64,000 nucleotides of DNA from Bacteroidia bacterium (lineage in GTDB: Bacteria; Bacteroidota; Bacteroidia; NS11-12g; UBA9320). Every line of letters begins with the position of its first letter. Positions within the stretch are counted from its first letter, which is position 1. Of the stretch, positions 49,101 through 58,385 are shown one piece after another. The position numbers were made by a program, and so were the translations under genes. Under the pieces are notes generated by a model. That model was not told the DNA's origin. It worked only from the letters and a program-made list of their open reading frames with translations, and searched no databases. The DNA is taken from the NCBI GenBank assembly GCA_029268695.1, contig JAQWNJ010000014.1:64751-128750 (forward strand). The letters are read 5' to 3'.

Positions 49101-51976
49101 TCGTACTTCCGTATGATATACGAGGTAATCTGGGCACTCAATTTGTCAAAGGATATACTCCAGGTCAAATAGGAGATCCCTATGCAAGAAATCCAATTGG
49201 TTCATTCGCCCTTGGATTGATTGTTGGAAACGGTAAACCAGATCCTAATGGAGGGCCTCCTGCATGTCTAGATACATTCTACTATCCAGATTTATTTAGA
49301 ATATTACCCCTCGATGCTAGTTTTGATATTGTATATCCAACACCTATTAGCACTACTCCTTTACAGTACTACATGTGCCCAGGAGATACCGCATACTACA
49401 GAATTACTAACCCAATTCAAGATAGTATCAAAACACTTCGATGGGCATGGGGTTACCAAGGTTTAGGAAAAGGTCCTAAGCTATCGATATATGTAGAAGA
49501 ATTCAAGTATTATGAACCTTATACTGGTCCTAGGCCAAACAGAAACGATAAAAACATTGTATATAATGGCGAGGATTGGTTGTATAACTATGTAGTTCGC
49601 AGAAATCTTACTGATGTGTTAGGTGAAGAATTATTGGATACTATTGTCACTTCTATCATTAAAGATTGGAAAACTGTCGCAATCAAAACAAACACCGACA
49701 GACTAATTAAAGATGCCTTTGAACAATTATTAAATCTAAACTACAATGAAATACCAGCAGAAGATATCCCATATTATCTTGGAGATGGAACCTATGGTTG
49801 TTTAGATACAACTGGAATAAGTGCTCTTTTCCAATTTGGTAAAGAAGTATATTCTGACAAAACCGGTGAGTGGGGTGTATCACGTGTAGGTGATAAAATA
49901 TATCGTACCGATACAAGTGTAACCCCAAATGTTCAAATAGAAACACAACACATTCTACACTTCAGAGACTCGTCTATGCAAGGATTTGACACCCTTATGT
50001 TGGATACCAACTTTGATGGTAAGAAGGACATGTTAACTGGTCTTTATAGACACATCTATAAATATCCTGTAATTACTAATCCAGACGAATGTAATCCTGG
50101 TGTGAAGGATACCATTTATAAAAATGGTAGTGGACCAATGGCACCATCTCTATTCTTAAACAGTACTCCTGGTTGTGAGGCAAGATCTACCAAACTCTTA
50201 AACGTAGGTTTTTACAACGACTTCTGGGTAAGTAATGAGAACTTATGTCAAGGTCTAAATCTTGTTATTGAAGATTCCCTAAGATACTATCAATATGGGG
50301 AGCAAGATCCACTAACCTATCCAATTCACGATTTCCCATTGTGGCAAACAAGATATATTACAAATAAGGAAACTTATCGAGCAGATTGGGATATTAATGA
50401 TGGCCAATTTGATAGTACTCGTTCTATAATCCTAAACCACACCTACACTGAACCAGGAGAATACACAATTACCGTTGTAGCTGAGGATAGTATTGGTTGT
50501 ACAGATACTACTTTATTGAAAGCTTATGTATCTAAGGTTATTCCTGGATTTGATTTTGGAAGTGAAATTGTGAATTGTGCATCCATTATTAATTTCCAAG
50601 ACACAACTTCAGTGATTGACCCATGTGCTGCAAAAGATACCTGCACCAATGGTACTGACTTATCTTGTGAGAAAATTATCGCATGGGAATGGGATTTCGG
50701 GGACGGAACTAGAAAAAGTATACTCCAAAATCCATCTCATAATTACACATCTGGTGGAACTTACACTGTAACACTTATCGTTACAACTCAACTCGGATGT
50801 ATAGATAGTATCAAACGACAACTATATATTCCTGGTCCACAACCAAGATTTGAGTTTGATAATGATGTATGGAACACCAATGATACAGCAGTAATCTGTG
50901 TGAATGATTTAGTTAACCTTAAAAATACTAGTCAAGGAGATGTAAATAATCCTAAATTCCAAATCATTTGGGGAGACGGAAGTAACGACCCTCCTGGTGA
51001 TATAGACTCTGTGTTTGGTCATGTTTATACGACTCCAGGAACCTATGAATTGTTCTTAATCCAAGAAGATGAAATACCAGGAACGGGTAATCGTTGTTCA
51101 AGAATTTTCCCAGATACAAATCCAGATCTACTGATTCAACGTCGAATTGTAGTTATTGTGAATCCTCGCCCTGAGGTAGAAATTACTGCATCAGATACGT
51201 TAGTTTGTCCTGATGATCCTATAACATTTACGGGTATTCTAGATGACCGATATATTCGATTAAAATGGTTAATGGGGTACAATGATGATGAGATTAACGA
51301 AAATGTACCTGATACAACCGTAACATACGCTTATCCTAATCCTGGCGTATATGATGTTGTCTTAGCACCTGAATATGATGAATTACCAAGATGTTGGGAT
51401 AGAGATACTATTAGAGTCAGAGTAGTTGACGTTAAAGCAAGTTTCGATATCGATAGCTCTGCAAGACCAGAATTCTGCTTCACTAATACATCAACTGGAG
51501 CTATTAGCTACCAATGGACGTTCGAAGAAAATGATCCTGAGGTAGATGGCTCTAGTGAAGAAACAGACCCATGTTATAATTGGGGTGAACGAAAAGGTGT
51601 TTATCAAGTATGTCTTACGGCAATCAGCTCAGAAGGTTGTGAGGACGACACTTGTCAAACAATATCAAATACGTTTATGAGACGACTTGTCCCATACAAC
51701 GTCTTCACTCCTAACAGCGACGATGATAAAAACACTGAATTCGTAGTTGAAGGAGAAAGCCTTGATGAATACGAAATTAAAATCTTTAATCGATGGGGTG
51801 AGTCTGTCTTCAAGTCCACTGATATTAACTACTCTTGGAACGGTAAAGTTAACAATACCGGAGAAGAATGCCCTGAAGGAACCTACTTCTACATCATAAA
51901 CTACACATTTAAATTTGGTGAGAAAAATGAAGGTAAAGGACCTATTGAAGGTTCTGTAGACTTGATTAGAAATTAA
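46184..51976 (+). CDS. Giant (~1930-aa) PKD-domain SprB-like cell-surface adhesin with a T9SS type-B C-terminal domain
   Basis: It starts 3 nt after the upstream stop. The signal peptide is MNISGSKYVFIKYIFTLLFISSSIIGYSQ (a TTG at 46121 is an alternative start). There are multiple PKD-like repeats (WDFGDGT..., EWDFGDGTRKSILQNPSHNYTSGGTYTVTLIVT). The C-terminal type-B CTD is YNVFTPNSDDDKNTEF...IKIFNRWGESVF...SWNGK...CPEGTYFYIINY...GSVDLIRN. Confidence 0.8.
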   Translation: MNISGSKYVFIKYIFTLLFISSSIIGYSQCSPKVVRTDGTLSTSGTFCEGQIISFEANSPGYTTTIEWDFGYNNNKSSAEKPTFNYPVAGTYTVTFKGDGFAGQCTETLTITVKPSPDIYFKRLNDSAQCFKSNLFCFQDSSQAPSGLIVRQTYVFSNGLRIDSINPTFPYSFCVDITDPSGGFFDLVIESEDSSGCVSKLSFKDYLYVYPKLGIEFQNLTPNPNPNCDSTLGVYKNVSLVPLSDIDSFEWVFGDGNSVKGNSTTNTEWWNGLDPAEPGIIKHMYRKNGTFDGTLIASAYGCSDTFTFKAAVGNILLEPKIISTPNPACTSDNPIEFSVQGLNGANVSSFLWNFGNPPAGPPNFNDKTLTPEFSYGPGPWMISLRLQSGPCDITVYDTVQVIGPGSTIEVAFDRVAEDQAYQCVIEDTVCFPNNSSYYQNDFNQLDEDSIVFYYKYTFERVYDISSGLYTWHYKTWEERPRGNFLLNDSTYGNTDTIINNGYKVYYDASKDSIAAISGGDTTWHKDFYAAAPNLSYRFGVDGKKRFVFNYTPPAGRGGVGVGDQTAIPPAEQYKDYRPNVWRVWDMGDQYAPQCTTDSRPWVNKNVGINCNWVIDSAPCHWYTPWDEIYSTFQEGRNYTQPYRETRISKPLRECYVVNIYAADTMIVPGDTVLTIPIDSSYTYRGVNIPAGVTYANNRLGNWIVRRPPSKFYGTKFYWDAARDTFVAINNIVDTTLHNEDSLGRNNPRNGKGNTQWTITYHDMEFSIPAGVTIDILKLDAPGGGGGAGATRSITGPRKVIIEADEQFTLYSLDSITPTIYIEENDPDTTYAQPSAYVVQEERFGIPVRVVKQAVFVDSAGHREKWFTDQAVCFNVSLWQKDTIHPLLCESTSTKSLALIPPNAKGLEWVSGTPCPFDGNNLNYILTFDISETKPGCTQQWFAVNLDTFADPNAFIPFNQGLLAPPPPGLPIPFVLPYDIRGNLGTQFVKGYTPGQIGDPYARNPIGSFALGLIVGNGKPDPNGGPPACLDTFYYPDLFRILPLDASFDIVYPTPISTTPLQYYMCPGDTAYYRITNPIQDSIKTLRWAWGYQGLGKGPKLSIYVEEFKYYEPYTGPRPNRNDKNIVYNGEDWLYNYVVRRNLTDVLGEELLDTIVTSIIKDWKTVAIKTNTDRLIKDAFEQLLNLNYNEIPAEDIPYYLGDGTYGCLDTTGISALFQFGKEVYSDKTGEWGVSRVGDKIYRTDTSVTPNVQIETQHILHFRDSSMQGFDTLMLDTNFDGKKDMLTGLYRHIYKYPVITNPDECNPGVKDTIYKNGSGPMAPSLFLNSTPGCEARSTKLLNVGFYNDFWVSNENLCQGLNLVIEDSLRYYQYGEQDPLTYPIHDFPLWQTRYITNKETYRADWDINDGQFDSTRSIILNHTYTEPGEYTITVVAEDSIGCTDTTLLKAYVSKVIPGFDFGSEIVNCASIINFQDTTSVIDPCAAKDTCTNGTDLSCEKIIAWEWDFGDGTRKSILQNPSHNYTSGGTYTVTLIVTTQLGCIDSIKRQLYIPGPQPRFEFDNDVWNTNDTAVICVNDLVNLKNTSQGDVNNPKFQIIWGDGSNDPPGDIDSVFGHVYTTPGTYELFLIQEDEIPGTGNRCSRIFPDTNPDLLIQRRIVVIVNPRPEVEITASDTLVCPDDPITFTGILDDRYIRLKWLMGYNDDEINENVPDTTVTYAYPNPGVYDVVLAPEYDELPRCWDRDTIRVRVVDVKASFDIDSSARPEFCFTNTSTGAISYQWTFEENDPEVDGSSEETDPCYNWGERKGVYQVCLTAISSEGCEDDTCQTISNTFMRRLVPYNVFTPNSDDDKNTEFVVEGESLDEYEIKIFNRWGESVFKSTDINYSWNGKVNNTGEECPEGTYFYIINYTFKFGEKNEGKGPIEGSVDLIRN

Positions 51977-52002
51977 TCTGTAATTCTATATCACATTAAA
52001 AA

Positions 52003-52030
52003 ACCATTTGCTAAGGCGAATGGTTTTTTA
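52003..52030 (+). terminator. Rho-independent terminator after the giant adhesin gene
   Basis: CCATTTGC-TAAG-GCGAATGG with one G-U pair is followed by TTTTTTA. Confidence 0.5.
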
Positions 52031-52072
52031 TTTATTGAATCAATTTAAAATAATTTATGTTGATTTGCAGTG

Positions 52073-52175
52073 CTTATAAAGAAAGACTGAGGGATTAGGC
52101 CCATAGACGTCTTGGCAACCTGAGTATCAAAATATCAAGGTGCTACATCCTATCCCACAATTGGGAGAAGATAAG
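52073..52175 (+). promoter_or_regulatory. SAM-I (S-box) riboswitch in the metH 5' leader
   Basis: CTTATAAAGAAAGACTGAGGGATTAGGCCCATAGACGTCTTGGCAACC...AGGTGCTACATCC...AGAAGATAAG matches the SAM-I consensus (CUUAUCAAGAG-GGC-GAGGGA-GGCCC-AUGAA-CC-GGCAACC / GGUGC-AAUUCC / AGAUAAG). P1 is CTTAT/ATAAG, P3 is AGAC/GTCT, and P4 is ACCTGA/TCAAGGT. Confidence 0.6.
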
Positions 52176-52213
52176 TGTTCTATAAACCTAATTGTAAACT
52201 CTCATTAATAATT

Positions 52214-54868
52214 ATGACAAGACAATTAGAAAATTACCTTCGATTAAGTGGTTTAGAACCATTAGTTAAGTCACCCAATATCAATTTTATGAATATTGGT
52301 GAACGAACAAACATTACAGGTTCTAAGAAATTTGCTCGCCTAATTTTAAATGATCAATATGATGAAGCAATTGATATTGCTCGACAGCAAGTAGAGAATG
52401 GAGCTCAAATCATCGATGTAAATATGGACGAAGGAATGCTAGATGGAAAGTCTGCAATGATTAAATTCTTAAACCTTATTGCTGCGGAACCAGATATCTC
52501 AAGAGTTCCTGTAATGATTGATTCTAGTAAGTGGGAGATTATTGAAGCTGGACTTAAAGTTGTACAGGGTAAAGGAATTGTAAATTCAATAAGCCTAAAA
52601 GATGGCAAAAAAGAATTTATCAAAAGAGCTAAAAAAATTAAGTGGTTTGGAGCTGCCACCGTGGTAATGGCTTTTGACGAAAATGGACAAGCAGATACTT
52701 TTGAAAAAAGAATAAATATATGTCAACGTAGCTACGATATCCTTGTCAATGAAGTTCAATTCCCTCCTCCAGATATCATATTTGATCCCAATATTTTAAC
52801 GGTTGCAACTGGTATTGAAGAACATAATAATTACGCAGTAGATTTTATTGAAGCTACTCGGTGGATTAAAGAAAATCTACCTTTTGCTAAAGTTAGTGGA
52901 GGTGTAAGTAATATTTCATTCAGTTTTAGAGGTAATAATATTATTCGAGAAGCGATGCATTCTGCATTTCTTTATCATGCTATAAAAGCCGGCTTAGATA
53001 TGGGAATTGTCAACGCGGGTATGATCGAAGTATACGAGGAGTTGCCCAAAAATATTCTTGAAGCAGTTGAAGATGTTATTCTGAACAGGCATGAAGATGC
53101 AACTGAAAATTTAATAGCTCTTGCTGAAGTCGTCAGAGGGAATGGTAAAAAAATTGTTCAAGACCTAAGTTGGAGAAATGAAAATGTTTACGAGCGGTTA
53201 AAACATTCTCTCATAAAAGGAATAACGGAATATATTGAAGAAGACACCGAAGAAGTTCGTCAACAACTCAACAAACCCATAGAGGTTATAGAAGGTCCGC
53301 TCATGGCAGGAATGAGTGTAGTTGGAGATTTATTTGGGAGTGGTAAAATGTTCTTGCCTCAAGTAGTCAAAAGTGCACGGGTAATGAAAAAATCCGTAGC
53401 ATACTTACAACCTTATCTAGAAACTGAAAAAAGTGAAGGAAACACCCAGGGGAAAATATTATTAGCAACCGTAAAAGGAGATGTTCATGATATTGGAAAA
53501 AATATTGTTGGAGTAGTTTTAGCATGTAATAACTACCATATAATTGATCTTGGTGTCATGGTTCCAACCAATACTATTATTGATGCTGCAATTGAACACA
53601 ACGTCGATATGATTGGACTAAGCGGTTTAATAACTCCTAGTTTAGAAGAGATGGTTAATATAGCAGACGAAATGGAAAGAAGATCTTTGAAAATACCTGT
53701 ATTAATTGGTGGTGCAACAACCTCTCGAATGCATACAGCTGTTAAGGTAGCTCCAAAGTATTCTGGACCAGTAATCCATGTATTAGATGCCTCTCGATCG
53801 GTTCCGGTAGCTAGTCAACTCATTAGCACAAAAACACATGAAAACTTTACAACTCAAATTAAATCCGAATATGATCAACTTGCTATTCAACATGCAGCTC
53901 GACAATCTGAAAAAAAGGTACTTTCATTCAATGAATGTCTGAACAATAAACCCATACTTAATTGGAATGATTACACTCCTCCAACACCAAATAAAACTGG
54001 AGTTGAAATATTAAAAGATTTTGATTTATCTGAGCTAAGAAACTATATCGATTGGACCCCTTTCTTTTCAACTTGGGAACTCAAAGGTAAATATCCTGAT
54101 ATTTTTGAGGATATCTATGTTGGGGAAGAAGCAAAAAAGTTATTTGAGGATGCTCAAGAAATGCTCGATCAATTAATTTCTAAAAAAATCCTTAGTGCTA
54201 ATGGAATTGTTGGAATTTTTGAAGCTTTTGAAGAACAAGGAGACATAATACTCCCAAAAAATCAGATAACTTTCAATTGTCTTCGTCAACAAAGAAAGAT
54301 GGGTAATAATATACCAAATCGTTCTCTAGCTGACTTTATAGCTCCAAAAAATACAGGTAAGAAAGACTACTTAGGAGCATTTGCCGTAACCACTGGAATA
54401 GGAATTGAAAAAATTGTAGAAAAATATGAAAAGGATCAAGATGACTATAATTCAATTTTGGTAAAAGCTATTGCTGATCGACTTGCAGAGGCATTTGCGG
54501 AATACTTGCATGAGTATGTCCGAAAAAAAATGTGGGGTTATGCTTCTGATGAAATATTAGATAACGAACTGCTGATACGGGAAAAGTATCAGGGTATACG
54601 ACCTGCACCTGGATATCCTGCATGTCCTGATCATACCGAAAAAGGGAAACTTTGGGATTTACTTGATGTAGAAAATCATACGGACATTAGTCTAACTGAA
54701 AGTTACGCTATGTACCCAACTGCTGCTGTATCTGGATTCTATTTTTCACACCCAGAAAGTAAATATTTTGCTGTAGGAAAAATTGGAGAGGATCAATTAA
54801 AAAATTATGCTCATCGTAAAAATGTTTCTTTTGAATATGCTAAAAAATGGTTAAGCCCTAACTTATGA
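52214..54868 (+). CDS. metH: Cobalamin-dependent methionine synthase lacking the homocysteine-binding domain (split metH)
   Basis: The pterin-binding, B12-cap/B12-binding and AdoMet-reactivation domains are present. It starts at the pterin-binding domain (RLSGLEPL...[16 protein letters not shown]...[22 protein letters not shown]), which aligns with E. coli MetH from about residue 345. The B12-binding motif is [11 protein letters not shown]. The ATG is at 52214; the track's GTG at 52175 lies inside the riboswitch. Confidence 0.85.
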   Translation: MTRQLENYLRLSGLEPLVKSPNINFMNIGERTNITGSKKFARLILNDQYDEAIDIARQQVENGAQIIDVNMDEGMLDGKSAMIKFLNLIAAEPDISRVPVMIDSSKWEIIEAGLKVVQGKGIVNSISLKDGKKEFIKRAKKIKWFGAATVVMAFDENGQADTFEKRINICQRSYDILVNEVQFPPPDIIFDPNILTVATGIEEHNNYAVDFIEATRWIKENLPFAKVSGGVSNISFSFRGNNIIREAMHSAFLYHAIKAGLDMGIVNAGMIEVYEELPKNILEAVEDVILNRHEDATENLIALAEVVRGNGKKIVQDLSWRNENVYERLKHSLIKGITEYIEEDTEEVRQQLNKPIEVIEGPLMAGMSVVGDLFGSGKMFLPQVVKSARVMKKSVAYLQPYLETEKSEGNTQGKILLATVKGDVHDIGKNIVGVVLACNNYHIIDLGVMVPTNTIIDAAIEHNVDMIGLSGLITPSLEEMVNIADEMERRSLKIPVLIGGATTSRMHTAVKVAPKYSGPVIHVLDASRSVPVASQLISTKTHENFTTQIKSEYDQLAIQHAARQSEKKVLSFNECLNNKPILNWNDYTPPTPNKTGVEILKDFDLSELRNYIDWTPFFSTWELKGKYPDIFEDIYVGEEAKKLFEDAQEMLDQLISKKILSANGIVGIFEAFEEQGDIILPKNQITFNCLRQQRKMGNNIPNRSLADFIAPKNTGKKDYLGAFAVTTGIGIEKIVEKYEKDQDDYNSILVKAIADRLAEAFAEYLHEYVRKKMWGYASDEILDNELLIREKYQGIRPAPGYPACPDHTEKGKLWDLLDVENHTDISLTESYAMYPTAAVSGFYFSHPESKYFAVGKIGEDQLKNYAHRKNVSFEYAKKWLSPNL

Positions 54869-54929
54869 TAAATAACTACCTAATATTAGGTAGTTAAATT
54901 GCATACTTGCATCTTTGTAAATACAAAAA

Positions 54930-56036
54930 ATGAACATTGGTATACTTTGTTACCCGACGTATGGTGGTAGTGGTGTAATTGCAACAGAATTAGGTAAAGC
55001 ACTGGCTGAAAAAGGCCATAAAATCCACTTTATATCTTATAATCAGCCTGTAAGGTTCGATGCATTCAATGAGAATTTATTTTTTCATGAAGTTCGATTT
55101 AATAATTATCCGCTTTTTAAATACCCCCCATACGAAACAGTTCTTACTAGTAAAATTGTTGATGTCGTAAAAAGTTACAAACTAGATGTACTTCATGTTC
55201 ATTATGCCATACCTCACGCTGCCGCTGCAGTAATGGCAAAAAGTATTCTAAAAAAAATAGGGATAGAAATTAAAATAGTCACTACACTTCATGGTACAGA
55301 TATTACGCTTGTAGGTAAAGATAAAAGTTTTGAGCCCGTAGTCAGTCATTCACTATTTGAAAGTGATATTGTTACTGCTGTTTCTAATAGCCTAAAACTT
55401 GAAACTTACCAAAATTTTAGTTACGATGGGGATATACAAGTTGTCCCAAATTTTATTGATTTCCAAAGATTTAATAAACAACCAAAAGATCATTTTAAAA
55501 AAATCATAGCTCCTAATAACGAAAAAGTTATCGTTCATACATCCAATTTCAGAAAGGTAAAAAGAGTCCCCGACGTGCTCAACGTATTCAGAAAAATTGC
55601 CAAAGAAGTACCCGCTAAAATGCTTTTTATAGGAGATGGTCCCGAAAGAAATAGCATAGAAAAGGAGTGTATGTCTTGTGACATGTGTAAAGATGTTACA
55701 TTTCTTGGGAAACAAGAGGCTGTTGAAGAAATCTTAAGTATAGCCGATCTTTTTATTATTCCGTCAGAAACTGAAAGTTTTGGACTTGCCGCATTGGAAG
55801 CTATGGCCTGTGAAGTTCCTGTAATTAGCACAAATGCTGGTGGACTTAAAGAAGTTAATATTGATGGGGTAACAGGATTTACAAGTGATGTTGGAGATAC
55901 GGATAAAATGGCAAAAGATTCACTCTATATCCTTAAGGAGGAAAATTTAAACCAGTTTAAGGCACTTGCAAAAATGCAATCGCTTAAATTTAAATTGGAT
56001 ACTATTCTCCCTATTTATGAGAGACTCTACCAATAA
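54930..56036 (+). CDS. bshA: GT4 glycosyltransferase, N-acetyl-alpha-D-glucosaminyl L-malate synthase BshA-like (bacillithiol biosynthesis)
   Basis: MNIGILCYPTYGGSGVIATELGKALAEKGHKIHFISY matches the BshA N-terminus. A GT4 C-terminal EX7E region is present. Confidence 0.7.
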   Translation: MNIGILCYPTYGGSGVIATELGKALAEKGHKIHFISYNQPVRFDAFNENLFFHEVRFNNYPLFKYPPYETVLTSKIVDVVKSYKLDVLHVHYAIPHAAAAVMAKSILKKIGIEIKIVTTLHGTDITLVGKDKSFEPVVSHSLFESDIVTAVSNSLKLETYQNFSYDGDIQVVPNFIDFQRFNKQPKDHFKKIIAPNNEKVIVHTSNFRKVKRVPDVLNVFRKIAKEVPAKMLFIGDGPERNSIEKECMSCDMCKDVTFLGKQEAVEEILSIADLFIIPSETESFGLAALEAMACEVPVISTNAGGLKEVNIDGVTGFTSDVGDTDKMAKDSLYILKEENLNQFKALAKMQSLKFKLDTILPIYERLYQ

Positions 56037-56038
56037 GT

Positions 56039-56620
56039 TTACTTTTCAATCGTAAAAATTACATCAGAATTAGCATCTAATGTAACAAATTGATTGATTT
56101 CAACTTGTTCTGTAAAATTACCAGAAAATATAATTTGCGTATTCGTATTTGAGATGATCTGGACAATGTTTTCATTATCATCTACTAATGCTATTTTTCC
56201 ATCGCTTTCTGACCATGTTCCTTGAGTTTGGACTCTTTGTACAGGTATTGCCTGATCCAGTTGTTGGCCCGTAAATTCAGCTATTACATCTGCTGTGAAA
56301 CTTAAATCTGTTGTGTATCTATTTGGATTTTCACTAAATGTTACCTTCCCAGTAATATCAGAACCTTTACCCGTAAATGTACCTGCTTGTTGTCCACTAA
56401 ATGATAAAACCCCATTTGTTAAATCAATTTTGGTGTAATCCCATTCTCCTACAAATGGACTAACTTCAACGCCACCCCCATTATTGTTACCACCATTATT
56501 ATTCCCAGTAGTATCTGTTGAATTTCTAACTTCCTCAACTAAAGGTAGAGGAGGTTTTTTACAACTATGAAAGATGGGTGTTAAAAGGCCCAAGAATAGA
56601 ATAACGGTGATTTTTTTCAT
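56039..56620 (-). CDS. Hypothetical lipoprotein (lipocalin-like)
   Basis: It has a lipobox (IFHSC), a Gly/Asn-rich linker (NNNGGNNNGGG), and a GEWDYTKID beta domain. Confidence 0.35.
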   Translation of the reverse strand: MKKITVILFLGLLTPIFHSCKKPPLPLVEEVRNSTDTTGNNNGGNNNGGGVEVSPFVGEWDYTKIDLTNGVLSFSGQQAGTFTGKGSDITGKVTFSENPNRYTTDLSFTADVIAEFTGQQLDQAIPVQRVQTQGTWSESDGKIALVDDNENIVQIISNTNTQIIFSGNFTEQVEINQFVTLDANSDVIFTIEK

Positions 56621-56648
56621 GATTAATTAAGGTGCAAGATACTAAAAT

Positions 56649-57374
56649 TTAACCATTCCATAACTTCCATGATTTGTCTGCTTGTATTTTCAACATATCC
56701 AGCCCATTTACAATCATTGCCCCATTTAATTTTGATTTAGCTAAGAATAGACTCTCTTTAGGATTATACACCAAATCATAACACAAGTGATTTTTGGTAA
56801 TTGCTGAGTATGGAATATCTACACAGGTATCCACTTTTGGAAAAGTTCCCAAGGGAGTTGTATTAATAAGTATTTGGTGGCTTTTAACCATGTCATTATC
56901 TATCTGAGTATAATTCATCAAATCATGATTTGACTGAGACACATGAGTGCACTCAATACCCAGAGATTTCAATACATAAGTAATCGTTTTACTTGAACCA
57001 CCTGTTCCAAAAATTAATGCCCTTTTATGATAGGATTGAAGATACTTAAGTAACGTATTTTCAAATCCAAAGTAATCTGTATTTTCTCCACATAACAAAT
57101 CATTTTTTACTGTAACAGTATTAACCGAATTTATCTCACTAGCTATAAGGCTAATTTCATCCAAATATGGGATAATTAATTGCTTGTATGGTATAGTAAT
57201 ATTAAACCCGCTTAAGTCATTTTCGTGAATTAATGCTTTGATCTGACCCAATGATGGCAATTCAAAGGCTTGATAGGAACAATCATTGATACATAATTCA
57301 TTAAACTTATCTCTAAAATATCTTGGAGAAAAAGAATGAATCAAACTCTTACCTATAAGCCCATAATTTCTCAT
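56649..57374 (-). CDS. aroE: Shikimate 5-dehydrogenase
   Basis: The N-terminus YGLIGKSLIHSFSPRYF is present, along with a Rossmann GTGGSSKT. Confidence 0.75.
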   Translation of the reverse strand: MRNYGLIGKSLIHSFSPRYFRDKFNELCINDCSYQAFELPSLGQIKALIHENDLSGFNITIPYKQLIIPYLDEISLIASEINSVNTVTVKNDLLCGENTDYFGFENTLLKYLQSYHKRALIFGTGGSSKTITYVLKSLGIECTHVSQSNHDLMNYTQIDNDMVKSHQILINTTPLGTFPKVDTCVDIPYSAITKNHLCYDLVYNPKESLFLAKSKLNGAMIVNGLDMLKIQADKSWKLWNG

Positions 57375-58324
57375 TTTTTTGAACTAAACCTATCAAGACC
57401 AAAAATAAGAAATACTGCCACTGCCATTAATAGTATGCAAGTAAAAACATGAGGTTCTGTTCCATATAAAGGATTTTCATCCAACTCAGAAAAAGTGGAA
57501 GGAAGAATACTTTCACTAAATTTTACTACTTCTTCTCCCTTACTATTGATCCTTGTAGAAGTAACATGTTGCCATGGCCAAACTTTGTTTAATGATCCTA
57601 AGAGAAAACCACCTAATAATGCTAAAGTCTGATTTGGATATTTATCAAAAGTAAATCCCAATAATCTTGAAAAAGTAAACAAACCAATTAATAAACCAAG
57701 TCCAAAAACAACGACTAATTGAAGTTCAGGTCCTAATGGATTGACTATAAAATCTTTTATTGCAGGCATAATTATGGTATACATACCCATAAGTAATAAC
57801 ACAAAACTTCCAGAAAGCCCGGGAAGCATCAAAGCTGAAATTCCCAAAATTCCGGATAAAAACACCATAACTAAATGTTCACTTCCTGAGGAAGGACTAG
57901 TAATTGTAATCCAATAAACTAGACCAAAGCCTAGAATAAAAAATAGAATTTCTATTAGCCCCCATCTTTTAATTTGCTTTGTAATTAGTGGTATCGAAGC
58001 GATAATTAAACCAAAGAAAAAACTCCAAATATGAATTGGATGAGATTCTAATAAACCTACTATAATTTTAAGGCCAATTATGAATCCTACAGCCATTCCA
58101 AGTATTACTTTTAAAAGAAAATTACCATCTATTTTAGCCCAAACACCCTTAAAGCCCTCATTCTTGAAAATACCAATCAATTTAAAATTAATTGCATTTA
58201 TTGAATTTAGAAGTCGCTCATAAATCCCTGTTATAAAGGCTAAAGTTCCTCCTGAAACACCTGGTATTACCTCTGCAATACCCATAGTAGCTCCTTTTAA
58301 TATTAGTCTTAATGTTTCTTTCAT
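57371..58324 (-). CDS. DUF368 family polytopic membrane protein
   Basis: It has duplicated GVSGGTLAF / GLSGS motifs and about 8 TM helices. There is a 4-nt overlap with aroE. Confidence 0.7.
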   Translation of the reverse strand: MKETLRLILKGATMGIAEVIPGVSGGTLAFITGIYERLLNSINAINFKLIGIFKNEGFKGVWAKIDGNFLLKVILGMAVGFIIGLKIIVGLLESHPIHIWSFFFGLIIASIPLITKQIKRWGLIEILFFILGFGLVYWITITSPSSGSEHLVMVFLSGILGISALMLPGLSGSFVLLLMGMYTIIMPAIKDFIVNPLGPELQLVVVFGLGLLIGLFTFSRLLGFTFDKYPNQTLALLGGFLLGSLNKVWPWQHVTSTRINSKGEEVVKFSESILPSTFSELDENPLYGTEPHVFTCILLMAVAVFLIFGLDRFSSKK

Positions 58325-58385
58325 GAATTCTTTACAAATTTACTACCTCATACTCAACTTACACTTTATGTTTGTAATATTAAAT

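Noticed and set aside
46834-49946. Several 60-140-aa antisense or alternative-frame ORFs inside the giant adhesin gene (46834..47181-, 47457..47723+, 47708..47962-, 47880..48305-, 48463..48669-, 48949..49137-, 49707..49946-)
   Set aside because: They are embedded in one continuous 1951-codon frame with clear PKD and CTD signatures. They have no signal or start context and biased low-complexity translations, so they are frame noise.
52175-52213. GTG start at 52175 for metH, and likewise TTG/GTG extended starts at 5031, 10096, 21271, 33954, 35567 and 37508
   Set aside because: Each extension runs into a riboswitch, the upstream gene, or removes nothing useful. Downstream ATGs give homolog-consistent N-termini or signal peptides. 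TTG/GTG starts were kept only where they alone preserve a signal peptide or alignment (25205, 38579, 29405, 14410).
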